Positions 10,605 through 20,747 of a stretch of 64,000 nucleotides of DNA are shown piece after piece. The notes under the pieces were generated by a model that was not told the origin of the DNA, ran no database searches, and saw only the letters and a program-made list of their open reading frames with translations. Within the stretch, counting starts at the first letter, position 1; every line of letters starts with the position of its first letter. The stretch spans positions 66,766-130,765 of the forward strand of contig CAVQWQ010000015.1 in NCBI GenBank assembly GCA_963717645.1, given 5' to 3'. The stretch is from an uncultured Actinomycetes bacterium. GTDB taxonomy: Bacteria; Actinomycetota; Acidimicrobiia; Acidimicrobiales; AC-9. The position numbers and the translations under genes are program-made.

Positions 10605-11603
10605 GTGAACACGGCGACCCGGCGGCTGCGGTGGTGGAAGGAGATCCTCGCCGTCGTCGCGTTCGACGTCGTCTACGAGTGGACGAGCGCCAAGGCAGCG
10701 GGCGCCCACGCCGTGGCCGGCAGCCATGCCGGCCAGATCGTCCACGCCGAGCGCTCTCTCGGGATCTTTCGTGAGCACGCCATCCAGCAGTGGTTCCTGC
10801 CCCATCGGCTGCTGATCGAGGCGTCCGACCTCTTCTACTCCACGGTGCACTTCGTGCTCCCGGTGGTGACCCTCGTATGGCTATTCCGACGGTTCCCCGA
10901 ACGGTATATCCGGTGGCGCAACGCCCTGGCCTGGATGACCGGCCTCGGCCTCATCGGCTTCATCACGTTCCCGCTGCTACCACCGCGCTTCCTGCCGTCG
11001 AGCTACGGCTTCGTCGACACCCTGAACGTGATCGGCGGGATCGGTAGCTGGGACTCGGCGCTCATGAAGGACGCCGGCAACCTCTACGCGGCCATGCCCA
11101 GCCTGCACATCGCCTGGGCCCTGTGGTGCGTCTTCGCCCTGGTACCCGTCGTCCGCCGTCGCTGGATCAAGGCCCTGCTGATCGTCCACCCCTTCGTCAC
11201 GCTGTTCACCATCATCGTCACCGCCAACCACTACTTCCTCGACGCGGCCGGGGGAGTGGTGGTGTTCAGCCTCGGGGTGGCCATCACCCGGCTCCCCCGT
11301 CCGGCATTCACGCTCTCGCCGCTCGCGCCCCTCAGCCGGCTCCTTCCACACCCAGCCTGGCTCGCTGTGCCGGGTGGATGGCTCCGGACTGCCGGCGACT
11401 GGATCGAGCTCGCCCCTGGTCGCCTGGCGTCACTCGTCGAGCCACTCCGCCTCAGGGCTCTCAGAGTCCTGAGGCGTCCTCGCGGCGGACCGGTGGCGTC
11501 TGGGCGGGTCTCGGGAGCTCCGTCGGGCGTCGTGCCAGTCACCGGCGAACCGTCGTCACCTGGCGACGACGACAGCCCGGCCGAGGTCGGCGCCAGCGCC
11601 TGA
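10605..11603 (+). CDS. PAP2-family membrane phosphoesterase (AUR1/IPC-synthase-like)
   Basis: PLLPPRF, AAMPSLH and TANHYFLD motifs with several TM segments. Confidence 0.85.
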   Translation: MNTATRRLRWWKEILAVVAFDVVYEWTSAKAAGAHAVAGSHAGQIVHAERSLGIFREHAIQQWFLPHRLLIEASDLFYSTVHFVLPVVTLVWLFRRFPERYIRWRNALAWMTGLGLIGFITFPLLPPRFLPSSYGFVDTLNVIGGIGSWDSALMKDAGNLYAAMPSLHIAWALWCVFALVPVVRRRWIKALLIVHPFVTLFTIIVTANHYFLDAAGGVVVFSLGVAITRLPRPAFTLSPLAPLSRLLPHPAWLAVPGGWLRTAGDWIELAPGRLASLVEPLRLRALRVLRRPRGGPVASGRVSGAPSGVVPVTGEPSSPGDDDSPAEVGASA

Positions 11604-11814
11604 CCCCGAATCGAGGTACCTGGCTTGACCGGCACGCCCCTACCCCAGTCGCCCAGAATGTACGTTATGTAAAGTTGAGCTGCCGAACGCCCAGGAGGAC
11701 CGGCTAGGCGCCCCTCTCCAAGCCCTCCCCGGCCGATCAGGGGTACTCGGGCCCCCTCGGCGACGTCACGAAGGCCATGTGCCGTCACGCCCGGTACCTC
11801 CGACCCCAAAACGA

Positions 11815-11996
11815 CCCTGAACGCGACAAGAATCCTGGCTGGCGCACACAAGGCGGCAACATGTCGTGTTTAGGGCCATTTATCGGCCCTCAACACGACA
11901 TGTTCGCCCCGGCGACCTCCCAGGAACCCGACTTGTCGGGTTATGTTCGCCCGGCGGGACGAGCTCCCGAGGACCCCCGACTTGTCGCGTTCAGGG
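11815..11996. repeat. BIME-like cluster of a ~16-bp motif in alternating orientation
   Basis: CCCTGAACGCGACAAG (11815-11830) is perfectly inverted at 11981-11996; an internal hairpin at 11858-11904 is built from variants of the same motif. Confidence 0.75.
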
Positions 11997-12040
11997 GCGA
12001 TATGCGGTTCGTGTCCACACCTGTCCCTTGTTCCGACCGC

Positions 12041-12682
12041 TCAGGCGACGATGACGACCGTGTGGCAGATCTTGTCGGAGAAGGTCTGGCGCTTGTGGTC
12101 CCACAGCGGCCACAGAAAGCCGGCGTACAGCGGCACGACGTCCACGATGTGGGCGATGTAGCGCACGATCGACCTCCACGGGCCCACGACCTCGCCGTCG
12201 TCCTGCCGCACCAGCCTGGTGCCGACGAAGCGCTTGCCGACCGTCTGTCCCGTGATGCCCTGGACCACCAAGTTCCAGATGACGAAGGCCACGACGGCCA
12301 CGTAGGCGATCACCCCGGCCGGAGCCCACACCCTGACGAGGATCGCGGCGGCCAGGAACGGCGCCACGAAGTCGACGAGGTAGGCGGTGACACGGAGGCC
12401 CCAGTGGGCGAGCTCAGCGACTCTCTGCGGCCGCTCCTCTGCGAGGGTCCCCGCCGGGGTGCCGGCACCCCCCCCGGACCCCGAGTCATCCCAGCGAGCC
12501 GAGCGTGGCTGGGCCCACCCGGCGGGTCCCCGCGGCGCCGGCGCCGAGCCCTCCTCTGGCTGGTCGGCTTCAGCGGGCCGACCTCCCGGGCCGGCTGCGT
12601 CACCTGGCCGGCCTCCCGGGGCGGCTGTGTCACCTGGCCGGCCTCGAGGGCCGGCCTCCGAGAGCGGGCGATCGGTGCTCAG
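12041..12682 (-). CDS. RDD-family membrane protein, probable CTG start
   Basis: LAHWGLRVTAYLVD, GQTVGKR, RQTFSDKICHTVV. The frame stays open upstream of GTG 12367 to a CTG preceded by GAAGGAG. Confidence 0.75.
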   Translation of the reverse strand: MSTDRPLSEAGPRGRPGDTAAPGGRPGDAAGPGGRPAEADQPEEGSAPAPRGPAGWAQPRSARWDDSGSGGGAGTPAGTLAEERPQRVAELAHWGLRVTAYLVDFVAPFLAAAILVRVWAPAGVIAYVAVVAFVIWNLVVQGITGQTVGKRFVGTRLVRQDDGEVVGPWRSIVRYIAHIVDVVPLYAGFLWPLWDHKRQTFSDKICHTVVIVA

Positions 12683-12844
12683 GTCTGCTCCTTCGGTGAC
12701 CCGGACGGGACTCCCCTGCCGGGCCGTTTCGCGGAGAACGTAGCAGCCCGGGCCTCGCCCCCGACAGCGCGCCGAGCAGCGCCCCCTGTGGGAACCGAGC
12801 CGGTAGGATCGATTGGGTCACAGTCTTCTCGCGGAGGTGTCCAG

Positions 12845-13606
12845 ATGCCGGAGAAAGGTCTCCCGCTCCCGCCCCAGTTCGCTTCTGTCGAGGACGAGCG
12901 GTTGCACCGCAAGCAACGCCTCGCGGCGGCCTTTCGCTTGTTCTCGCGGTTCGGCTTCGACGAGGGGGTCGCCGGCCATATCACGGCGCGTGATCCGGAG
13001 CGCCTCGATCACTTCTGGGTGAACCCCTTCAGCGTCCACTTCGGCCACATCCGGGTCAGCGACCTCATCCTGGTGAACGACCAGGGCGAAGTGGTCGAGG
13101 GTGACTACACCGTCAACACCGCCGCCTTCGCCATCCACTCCCAGGTCCACGCCGCCCGCCCCGACGTAGTGGCCGCGGCGCACGCCCACTCGATCTACGG
13201 CAAGTCGTGGTCGGCGCTCGGACGCAGGCTCGACCCGATCACCCAGGACGTCTGCGCGTTCTACCAGGACCATGCCCTGTTCGACGATTACACCGGCGTC
13301 GTCCTCGACGTCGAGGAGGGCAAGCGTCTCGCCCACTCCCTCGGCGACTCCAAGGCCGTCATCCTGCGCAACCACGGCCTGCTGACCGTCGGCCATTCCG
13401 TGGACGAGGCGGCCTGGTGGTTCATCACGATGGAGCGCTCGTGCCAGGCTCAGCTCCTCGCCGAGGCCGCCGGCACGCCGGTGCTGATCGACGAGGACAT
13501 GGCCAGGCTCACCTCCACCCAGGTGGGCTCGCACATCGCCGGTTGGTTCAGCTTCCAGCCGCTCTACGACCGCATCGTGCGGGAGCAGCCCGACCTGCTC
13601 GAGTAG
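12845..13606 (+). CDS. Class II aldolase/adducin-family protein
   Basis: GVAGHITARDP, AFAIHSQVH, AAHAHS, ILRNHGLLTVG; GGAGG RBS. Confidence 0.92.
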   Translation: MPEKGLPLPPQFASVEDERLHRKQRLAAAFRLFSRFGFDEGVAGHITARDPERLDHFWVNPFSVHFGHIRVSDLILVNDQGEVVEGDYTVNTAAFAIHSQVHAARPDVVAAAHAHSIYGKSWSALGRRLDPITQDVCAFYQDHALFDDYTGVVLDVEEGKRLAHSLGDSKAVILRNHGLLTVGHSVDEAAWWFITMERSCQAQLLAEAAGTPVLIDEDMARLTSTQVGSHIAGWFSFQPLYDRIVREQPDLLE

Positions 13607-14485
13607 CTACAGCTCCCCCGCCGGCTCCACGAACCGGTCGGACAGTCCGGAGACGAGCGCACGCATCTTCTCGCTGTCGGTCGCGAACGCAGGCAGCACG
13701 AGCTGCTCGACCCCGGCGTCCCGGTAGGCGGCGAGGCTCTTCGGCTGCACGGGCTTGAGATAGGACGAGACGGTCACGTCGATGTCGGCCAGCGTCCGGC
13801 CCCGCTCCTCGAGCAGGCGCTCGAGACGCGACACGCGCTCCGCCGCTTCGTCGGGGCCGAGATTGAACCCGTGCCAGCCGTGGCCGAGGTCGGCGACGCG
13901 GCGCAGCGCGGCGTCGCTCTCGCCTCCGAAGTACAGCGGGGGGTGCGGCCGCTGGACCGGCTTCGGAAACATCCGGCAGCGAGGGAGGGAATAGAACCGG
14001 CCCTGGTGCTCGGAAGGGTCGTCACACCACAGGCTGCGCATCACCTCGATGTACTCCCGGCATCGCTCTCCCCGATGCTCGAACGGCGCGGCGACGGCCT
14101 CGAACTCGTCCCGCAGCCAGCCCACGCCGATGCCGAAGTCGAACCGGCCGCCCGACAGCCAGTCGACCGTCGATGCGTCCTTGGCCGTGTAGACGGGATT
14201 GCGCTGGGGAAGCAGGCACACGGCCGTGCCCAGCCGCAGGGTGGAGGTCACCCCGGCGAGGAATGACAGCGTGTCGAACGGCTCGAGCAGCCCTGTCTCG
14301 CCCACGAGCGGGATCTTGCCGTCGTCGGCGTAGGGGTAGCGCGACTCGTACTCGTCGACGAGCACGGCGTGCTCGCCCACCCACACCGACGAGAAGCCGC
14401 CCTCCTCGGCCCCGGCGGCCGCGGCGGCCAGGAACTCGGGGGTGGCGATGGGATTGACGGTGGCGATGAACAGCCCTATACGCAT
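13607..14485 (-). CDS. LLM-class F420-dependent oxidoreductase
   Basis: GFSSVWVGEH, LRLGTAV, DWLSGGRFDFGIGVGW, PKPVQRPHPP. Confidence 0.88.
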   Translation of the reverse strand: MRIGLFIATVNPIATPEFLAAAAAGAEEGGFSSVWVGEHAVLVDEYESRYPYADDGKIPLVGETGLLEPFDTLSFLAGVTSTLRLGTAVCLLPQRNPVYTAKDASTVDWLSGGRFDFGIGVGWLRDEFEAVAAPFEHRGERCREYIEVMRSLWCDDPSEHQGRFYSLPRCRMFPKPVQRPHPPLYFGGESDAALRRVADLGHGWHGFNLGPDEAAERVSRLERLLEERGRTLADIDVTVSSYLKPVQPKSLAAYRDAGVEQLVLPAFATDSEKMRALVSGLSDRFVEPAGEL

Positions 14486-14491
14486 CGGCAC

Positions 14492-16048
14492 TCAGCTTCC
14501 CTCCCCACTCGAACGAGGGCCGAGCTGGTCTCGAAGCTCGAACTTGAGGACCTTTCCGGCGGGGTTGCGAGGCAAGGCGTCGACCACCTCCAAGCGAGTG
14601 GGCAGCTTGTAGCGGGCCAGGGAGCGGCCGGCGACGTCGCGCAGGTCCTCCAGGGTCAATGATGCGTTCTCGTTGAGCACGGCCACCGCCACCACGGCCT
14701 CTCCCCACCGCTCGTCGGGCACACCCACTACCGCCACGTCGGCGACGGCGGGATGGTGGAAGAGCGCACCCTCCACCTCTGCCGGATAGACGTTCTCGCC
14801 GCCGGTGAGCACCATGTCCTTCACCCGATCGACGATGTAGAGGAACGCATCCTCGTCGAGATAGCCGAGATCGCCGGTGTGGAACCATCCCTCGGCGTCG
14901 ATCGCCACGGCTGTGGCCTCGGGCTGGTTCCAGTACCCCTTCATGACGTTGGGGCCCCGCACGCACACCTCGCCGCGGGCGAGGGGCTGGGCCGCCTCCC
15001 CTCGCTCGCCCTCCACCAGTCGCACCTCGGTGAACAACGGAGCCTGGCCGGCCGAGCCGACCTTCGCCAGCGCGAACTCGGGCGTGAGGAACGTCACGAG
15101 GGGCGCCGTCTCGGTCAACCCGTAGCCCTGGTTGATGGGTATGCCCACCCCGGTGTAGGTCTTGATGAGCGCTTCGGGCACGGGCGCTCCGCCACAGACC
15201 ACCATCCGCAGGCTGGTGAGATCGGCGTCGCCGAACTCGGGGTGCTGGCTCATCAGCAGGAGCATCACCGGCACACCGAACATGGTCGTCACGCAGTGGC
15301 TGGCGATGGCGTCGAGGCAGGCGCCCGGGTCGAAGCTGCGGTGCAGCACCACCTGCCCACCCTTCTGCCAGGTGACGAGCGTGGTGACGTTCAGGCCGCC
15401 GATATGGAACAGCGGCGCGACGACCAGCGTGATGTCGTCTTGCACGATGTCCAGGGTGTGAAGGGCGTTGATGTTGTTCCACCACAGGTTGGCGTGGGTG
15501 AGCATGGCGCCCTTGGGTCGCCCGGTCGTGCCCGAGGTGTACATGATCAGGGCCACCTCGTCGGCGCCGATGGGCTCGGTGGCAGAGATCGGGCGGTGGG
15601 CGGCGATCACGCCTTCGAGCGGCTCCCACCCCTCGGCAACCGTGTCGTCAGCCCCCAGGTACCGCCGGACCGGTACCTCACGGCGCATCGAGTCGACAAC
15701 CGCACGGTGCGGATCGTCGACCACCAGCGTGTGGATCCCGGCATCGCCGATGATGTACGCGAGCTCGGAGCCGGTCAGGCGGAAGTTCAACGGCACGAAG
15801 CTCGCCCCTAGGCGGGCCGCGGCCAGCATGGTCTCGAAGAAGGCCGGCTGGTTGAGACCGAGGAACCCGACCCGGTCGCCATGACAGACGCCGCCGGCGC
15901 GCAGACCGGCCGCCAGTCGGTCGACGCGATCAAGAAACTGGGCGTAGGTGCGCGTGGTCCCCTCGAACGTGAGCGCCCGGCGGTCCGGGGTGAGCGCTGC
16001 CCGGCGGGCGAACCAGCTGCCGAGGCTGACGTCGACGTTCACGGCCAT
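14492..16048 (-). CDS. Long-chain fatty-acid-CoA ligase (AMP-binding family)
   Basis: YTSGTTGRPKG, QGYGLTE, GWFHTGDLG, GGENVYPAEVE, NPAGK. Confidence 0.92.
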   Translation of the reverse strand: MAVNVDVSLGSWFARRAALTPDRRALTFEGTTRTYAQFLDRVDRLAAGLRAGGVCHGDRVGFLGLNQPAFFETMLAAARLGASFVPLNFRLTGSELAYIIGDAGIHTLVVDDPHRAVVDSMRREVPVRRYLGADDTVAEGWEPLEGVIAAHRPISATEPIGADEVALIMYTSGTTGRPKGAMLTHANLWWNNINALHTLDIVQDDITLVVAPLFHIGGLNVTTLVTWQKGGQVVLHRSFDPGACLDAIASHCVTTMFGVPVMLLLMSQHPEFGDADLTSLRMVVCGGAPVPEALIKTYTGVGIPINQGYGLTETAPLVTFLTPEFALAKVGSAGQAPLFTEVRLVEGERGEAAQPLARGEVCVRGPNVMKGYWNQPEATAVAIDAEGWFHTGDLGYLDEDAFLYIVDRVKDMVLTGGENVYPAEVEGALFHHPAVADVAVVGVPDERWGEAVVAVAVLNENASLTLEDLRDVAGRSLARYKLPTRLEVVDALPRNPAGKVLKFELRDQLGPRSSGEGS

Positions 16049-16262
16049 GGCAACCCCTCTCTCGGCCGGCGTGCGCCCGACCATAACGCCCGGTGGCCGG
16101 TCCTGCCGGGGCCGGGAGCGCCACTCGCCGGCTTCGGTACGCCCGGGTCCGCAGGCCGGCGACGGCGACAGGGGAGACGGCGACACCGCGGACGCCGAGA
16201 CGGGGACGGCGAGGAGCGCAACGGTCACCCAACGGTCGCCGTGCCCGGGCCGCCAGAGTCGC

Positions 16263-17816
16263 TCAGGGGCGGGCGTCCCAGGTGGGAACCAGCTGGCGAG
16301 CCGCCCTGGCCTCGTCGACCCGGCTGACCGGCGTGGTCCGCGGCGCCGCCTTGGCCGGGCCGGGATCGCCGCTCAGGGCCTCGGCCGCGATGATCTCGAG
16401 GGCGTGGGCCAGGGCTTCGAGCGTCTGGGGGCTCTCGGTCTCGGTCGGTTCGATCATGAGGGCCTCCTCGACGGTGAGGGGGAAGTACACCGTCGGGGAG
16501 TGGAAGCCCTCCTCCAGCAGCCGCTTGGCCACGTCGAGGGCCTTGACGCCGCTGCGCCGCTTCAGGTTGGCGGCCGAGATCACCAGCTCGTGCATGTTGG
16601 GCCGGTCGTAGGGGATGTCGTAGGAGCCGCGCAGGCGCTGGCGGAGCCAGTTGGCGTTGAGCACGGCGGCGTCGGCCACCCGCCGCAGGCCGTCACCGCC
16701 GTTGGCCAGGATGTAGGCGTACGCCCGGGCCAGGACCACGGCGTTGCCGTGCCAGGAATGCACCCGCCCGATCGAACGGGCCGGCGTCTCCCAGCCGTAG
16801 CGGTCGCCGGAGTCGCCTGGAGCGCCCGGCCGGCGCACGGGACGCGGTCCAGGTAGGAACGGCGCCAGCCGTTCGGACACCGCGACTGGCCCAGCGCCCG
16901 GTCCCCCGCCGCCGTGGGGCGTGGCGAAGGTCTTGTGCAGGTTCATGTGCACGATGTCGAAGCCCATGTCGCCGGGGCGGGCCACGCCGAGGATGGCGTT
17001 GAGATTGGCCCCGTCGTAGTAGAGCAACCCACCGACGTCGTGCACGGCGGATGCGATGCTGGCGATGTCCTCCTCGAACAGCCCGAGCGTGTTCGGGTTG
17101 GTGAGCATGATGGCGGCCACCGTCTCGTCGAGGACCGCCTCGAGCGCGCCCACGTCGACACAGCCCCTGGCGTCGGAGGCGACCGTCGTCACCTCGTAGC
17201 CGCCCAGGGTGACCGACGCAGGGTTGGTCCCGTGGGCGGAGTCGGGGATGATCACCCGGCGCCGCCGTGACCCGTCCCGCGTCGCGTGCCAGGCCCGCAT
17301 CAGCATCAACCCGGTGAGCTCGCCGGCTGCGCCCGCCGCCGGCTGCAGGGTGGCGGCAGCCATCCCCGTCACCTCACAGAGCACCTCCTCGAGGGCGACG
17401 AGCAGCTCCAGCCACCCCTGCACCAGTGACGCGGGAGCAGCGGGGTGCGCGCCGGCCAGGCCCGCAAGCTGAGCGACCTCGTCGCACAGCTTGGGGTTGT
17501 ACTTCATGGTGCACGAGCCCAGCGGGTAGGCCCCGACGTCCACCGAGTACTGCCGGTGCGAGAGCCGGGTGAAGTGCGCCACCAGGTCGCGCTCGGACAC
17601 CTCGGCCACCTCGATCGGCTCGGTCCGCAGGTGCCCCTGCGGCACCAGCTCCCGAGCTGTCCACTCCGGAACACGCGTGGTGCGCAGGGACCACGACCGC
17701 CGGCCGGGCTGGGAGAGCTCGAAGATGGTCGGCTCGGACTCCCGGCCCATGAGCGGTGCGCTCGACGCCCGCCCGCCGGCGCCGTTGGTGACGGCGCCCA
17801 CGCCTTCCCGATCCAT
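16263..17816 (-). CDS. gcvPB: Glycine dehydrogenase (decarboxylating) subunit 2
   Basis: YPLGSCTMKYNPK, PDSAHGTNPAS, HMNLHKTFATPHGGGGPG (PLP lysine), MIEPTETES. Confidence 0.95.
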   Translation of the reverse strand: MDREGVGAVTNGAGGRASSAPLMGRESEPTIFELSQPGRRSWSLRTTRVPEWTARELVPQGHLRTEPIEVAEVSERDLVAHFTRLSHRQYSVDVGAYPLGSCTMKYNPKLCDEVAQLAGLAGAHPAAPASLVQGWLELLVALEEVLCEVTGMAAATLQPAAGAAGELTGLMLMRAWHATRDGSRRRRVIIPDSAHGTNPASVTLGGYEVTTVASDARGCVDVGALEAVLDETVAAIMLTNPNTLGLFEEDIASIASAVHDVGGLLYYDGANLNAILGVARPGDMGFDIVHMNLHKTFATPHGGGGPGAGPVAVSERLAPFLPGPRPVRRPGAPGDSGDRYGWETPARSIGRVHSWHGNAVVLARAYAYILANGGDGLRRVADAAVLNANWLRQRLRGSYDIPYDRPNMHELVISAANLKRRSGVKALDVAKRLLEEGFHSPTVYFPLTVEEALMIEPTETESPQTLEALAHALEIIAAEALSGDPGPAKAAPRTTPVSRVDEARAARQLVPTWDARP

Positions 17817-19159
17817 CACCGCACCGCCTTCTCGAAGGCCGCCGCGAATGCGTCGATCTCCTCCCTCGTCCGGCGCTCGGTGACCGCCACGAGCAGGCCG
17901 CCCTCGCACCCACTGGCCTCAAGACCGGGTCCCAGCGGCACCCCGGCGAGGAACCCCTCCTCGGCCAGGCGCTCGACCAGCACCTCGCCGTCGACCGGGG
18001 CCCGGACGGCGAACTCGCGCAGGATGGGCGCCGAGACAAGGGGCTCGACACCGTCGACGGCGAGGAGCGCCTCGCGGCAGTAACGCGCGCCCCGTGCGCA
18101 GCGGAGGGCCACCTCGACCAGCCCGCTCGTGCCCAGCCATCCGAGCTGGATGGCCGCCGTCACGGCCATCAGGGTCTGGTTGGTGCAGACGTTCGACGAT
18201 GCTCGCTCCCTGCGGATGTCCTGTTCCCTGGTGCGCAGCGTCGTGACGTAGGACCGGCGCCCCTCGGTGTCCACCGTCTCGCCCACTAGCCGCCCCGGCA
18301 GGCGGCGCACGTGCTCCTCGGTGCAGGCGAAGAGCCCCAGGTAGGGGCCGCCGAAATTGAGCGCCGTGCCGAACGCCTGACCCTCGCCCACGACCACGTC
18401 GGCACCCCACGAGCCCGGCGAACGCAACAGTCCGGCCGCCACTGCGTCGAAGGCCACGACGAGGGGCGCCCCGGCGTGGTCGGCGACCTGGCGAGCCCGG
18501 TCCAGGTCTTCCAGGCAGCCCAGGTAGTTGGGGTAGGCGGCGATGACGGCGCCGACGCCGTGCGGCTCGTCCGGCCACGCGGTGAGCCCGTCGTCGAGGG
18601 GTATCTCGACCACGTCGCGACCCTCGCCGGCGGCGAACGTCCTGACGACCTGACGCCAGTGCGGGTGGACGCCCTCGGAGATCCACACCGTCGATCGGCG
18701 GGTGGAGGAGGTGGCCAGGTTCACCGCCTCGACGGTGGCGCTGGCGCCGTCGTACAACGACGCGTTGGCGATGCCGACACCGGCCAGGCGGGCGACCATG
18801 GTCTGGAACTCGAAGAGGGCCTGGAGCACCCCCTGAGCCACCTCGGGCTGGTAGGGGGTGTAGGCGGTGACGAACTCGGACCGGCCGGCCAGAGACCGGG
18901 TCACTGCGGGCACCTCGTGGTCGTAGGCGCCCGCCCCGGCGAAGCAGACCAGGTCCCGTCCCCCCACCTGGTTGCGGCCGGCAAGCTCCTCCAGCCGAGC
19001 CAACACGTCGGGCTCGCCCAGTCCCGCTGGCACATCGAGGCCTCCGGCCAGGCGGAGCGCCTGGGGAACGGAAGCGAACAGCTCCTCCACCGACGTCAGG
19101 CCCAGCGCCGCCAGCATGGCGTCGATCTCGGCGTCGGTGTGAGGAACGTAGTGACCCAC
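17816..19159 (-). CDS. gcvPA: Glycine dehydrogenase (decarboxylating) subunit 1
   Basis: FVTAYTPYQPEVAQG, NASLYDG, REQDIRRERASSNVCTNQ; start at 19159 or 19171. Confidence 0.95.
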   Translation of the reverse strand: MGHYVPHTDAEIDAMLAALGLTSVEELFASVPQALRLAGGLDVPAGLGEPDVLARLEELAGRNQVGGRDLVCFAGAGAYDHEVPAVTRSLAGRSEFVTAYTPYQPEVAQGVLQALFEFQTMVARLAGVGIANASLYDGASATVEAVNLATSSTRRSTVWISEGVHPHWRQVVRTFAAGEGRDVVEIPLDDGLTAWPDEPHGVGAVIAAYPNYLGCLEDLDRARQVADHAGAPLVVAFDAVAAGLLRSPGSWGADVVVGEGQAFGTALNFGGPYLGLFACTEEHVRRLPGRLVGETVDTEGRRSYVTTLRTREQDIRRERASSNVCTNQTLMAVTAAIQLGWLGTSGLVEVALRCARGARYCREALLAVDGVEPLVSAPILREFAVRAPVDGEVLVERLAEEGFLAGVPLGPGLEASGCEGGLLVAVTERRTREEIDAFAAAFEKAVR

Positions 19160-19163
19160 TGGC

Positions 19164-20237
19164 TCACGCACCCTTTCTCGCGGTGGCGCGGGGGCCGACG
19201 AAGGGCATCGTCACGACCCTGGCCTCGACCGGTCGACCGCGCACGTCGATCGTCACCGCCGAGCCGGGCTCCACATCCGGTGCCAGCAGGGCCATGCCGA
19301 TCCCCCGTTCGAGCACCGGAGAGAAGTTCCCGCTCGTCACCCGACCAAGGAGGCGGTCGCCATCGCGTACGTCGTTGCCGTCGCGCGGAGGCTGGCGACC
19401 GTCGGTCATGACCCCGCGGAGCCGGCGGGCGATCCCCCGGCGGCGCTCGGCCTCGAGGGCCTCCCGCCCCCGGAACGGCCCCTTGTCCCACCCGAGCACC
19501 CAGCCCAGCCCGGCCTGAAGAGGGGTGATCCCCGGACCCAGCTCGTGGCCGTGGAGCGGCAGGCCGGCCTCCAGCCGGAGGGTGTCGCGCGCTCCGAGCC
19601 CGGCGGGGACCACACCCTGGTCAAGCACGGCCCACCAAAACGCCTCCGCCCGGGCGACCGGCACGGCACACTCGACGCCGTCCTCGCCCGTATAACCGGT
19701 CCCGGCGGCCACGCAGTCGACACCGTCCCACTCGAAGCCGGCGACGCCGAAGCGCGACACCGTCGCCGCCGCGGGGCTCACCGACGCCAGCCGCTGACGG
19801 GCGGTCGGACCCTGTATGGCGATCACGGCCCGCTCGCGGGTGACGTCGGGCCCGCCGAGGGCGCTCGTGACGTGGCCGGTGTTGGATGCGTTCGGCATCA
19901 CGTCGAAGCGGGTCTGCGCGACCCACCACACGATGATGTCGTCGATCACCGAGCCGTCGGCCTCGTCGAGGAGGTGGGTGTACTGCGCTCGGCCGGGGCC
20001 GATGCGGCGCAGGTCGTTGGTCAGGCTGCGCTGGAGCCGCTCGAAGGCGTCGCGCCCTTCCACTCGCACCGTGCCCAGGTGACTCACGTCGAAGGCGACG
20101 GACGCGCTCCGGCACGCCCGATGCTCGGCCACCGTCCCCGCCGGATAGGAGATCGGCATCTCCCACCCGCCGAAGTCGACGAACCGGGCGCCGAGCGACT
20201 CGTGGGCGGCAGCCAACGGCGAGCGCTGGGTCGTCAC
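19164..20237 (-). CDS. gcvT: Glycine cleavage aminomethyltransferase
   Basis: FGGWEMP, FDVSHLG, TGYTGEDG, GLGARDTLRLEAG. Confidence 0.95.
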   Translation of the reverse strand: MTTQRSPLAAAHESLGARFVDFGGWEMPISYPAGTVAEHRACRSASVAFDVSHLGTVRVEGRDAFERLQRSLTNDLRRIGPGRAQYTHLLDEADGSVIDDIIVWWVAQTRFDVMPNASNTGHVTSALGGPDVTRERAVIAIQGPTARQRLASVSPAAATVSRFGVAGFEWDGVDCVAAGTGYTGEDGVECAVPVARAEAFWWAVLDQGVVPAGLGARDTLRLEAGLPLHGHELGPGITPLQAGLGWVLGWDKGPFRGREALEAERRRGIARRLRGVMTDGRQPPRDGNDVRDGDRLLGRVTSGNFSPVLERGIGMALLAPDVEPGSAVTIDVRGRPVEARVVTMPFVGPRATARKGA

Positions 20238-20324
20238 GCCCGCCAGCCTACGGCCTCCCCAGGGTGTGACCAGCCCATGGCAGTCCCATGCGTCGGCCTC
20301 CCCGGCCGGCCTCCCGAGCCGGCC

Positions 20325-20741
20325 CTAGGCGTCCTCGGGCTCGAAGGAGAGAGGGCGGGGCTCGACCGTGTCGAGGCCGGCGTCGGCCAGCTGCGACGGC
20401 TCCTCCAGGCCGTACTTGACCAGGAGGTTCAGGTAGTCCCGCTGGTAGAAGATCTTGATCTTCACCTCGGGGTGAAGCTCGCGGAGCCGTCGCACCTTGG
20501 CGTTCTTCTTCGTCACCAGGCGCTGGTTGAGCGTCGTGATCTCGATGTAGAGGTCGTAGGCCGGGAGGTAGAAGTCGGGCCGCAGTGCGGCGGCCGGCGC
20601 ACCGGTGCTGTCCCGCGCCAGCGTGAACTCCACGGGCTCGTACTCCCACGCGATCCCGTAGAAGTCGAGGAGCTTGGCAAACTGCCGCTCCGAGTTGTGG
20701 GCGAAGCGGACGCTCTCGTGCGGGAGGCCGCTTCCGTCCAG
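20325..20741 (-). CDS. PD-(D/E)XK nuclease-fold hypothetical protein, start probably CTG
   Basis: FAHNSERQFAKLLDFYGIAWEYEP...PDFYLP...YIEITT. The conserved-looking N-terminus extends upstream of the called GTG 20633. Confidence 0.65.
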   Translation of the reverse strand: MDGSGLPHESVRFAHNSERQFAKLLDFYGIAWEYEPVEFTLARDSTGAPAAALRPDFYLPAYDLYIEITTLNQRLVTKKNAKVRRLRELHPEVKIKIFYQRDYLNLLVKYGLEEPSQLADAGLDTVEPRPLSFEPEDA

Positions 20742-20747
20742 TGTCCC

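Noticed and set aside
8317-10608. 763-aa + strand ORF, and similar long ORFs at 29340-32024, 2187-3920 and 43987-45927
   Set aside because: R/G/P-rich shadow frames overlapping well-supported genes; expected in high-GC DNA.
11777-12844. N-terminal extension of the aldolase ORF (609-aa call)
   Set aside because: Overlaps the RDD gene on the opposite strand and repeat DNA; the RBS and family motifs begin at ATG 12845.
20238-20324. Glycine riboswitch upstream of gcvT
   Set aside because: The gap is under 90 bp, contains a REP-like palindrome, and I could not see the aptamer's conserved motifs.
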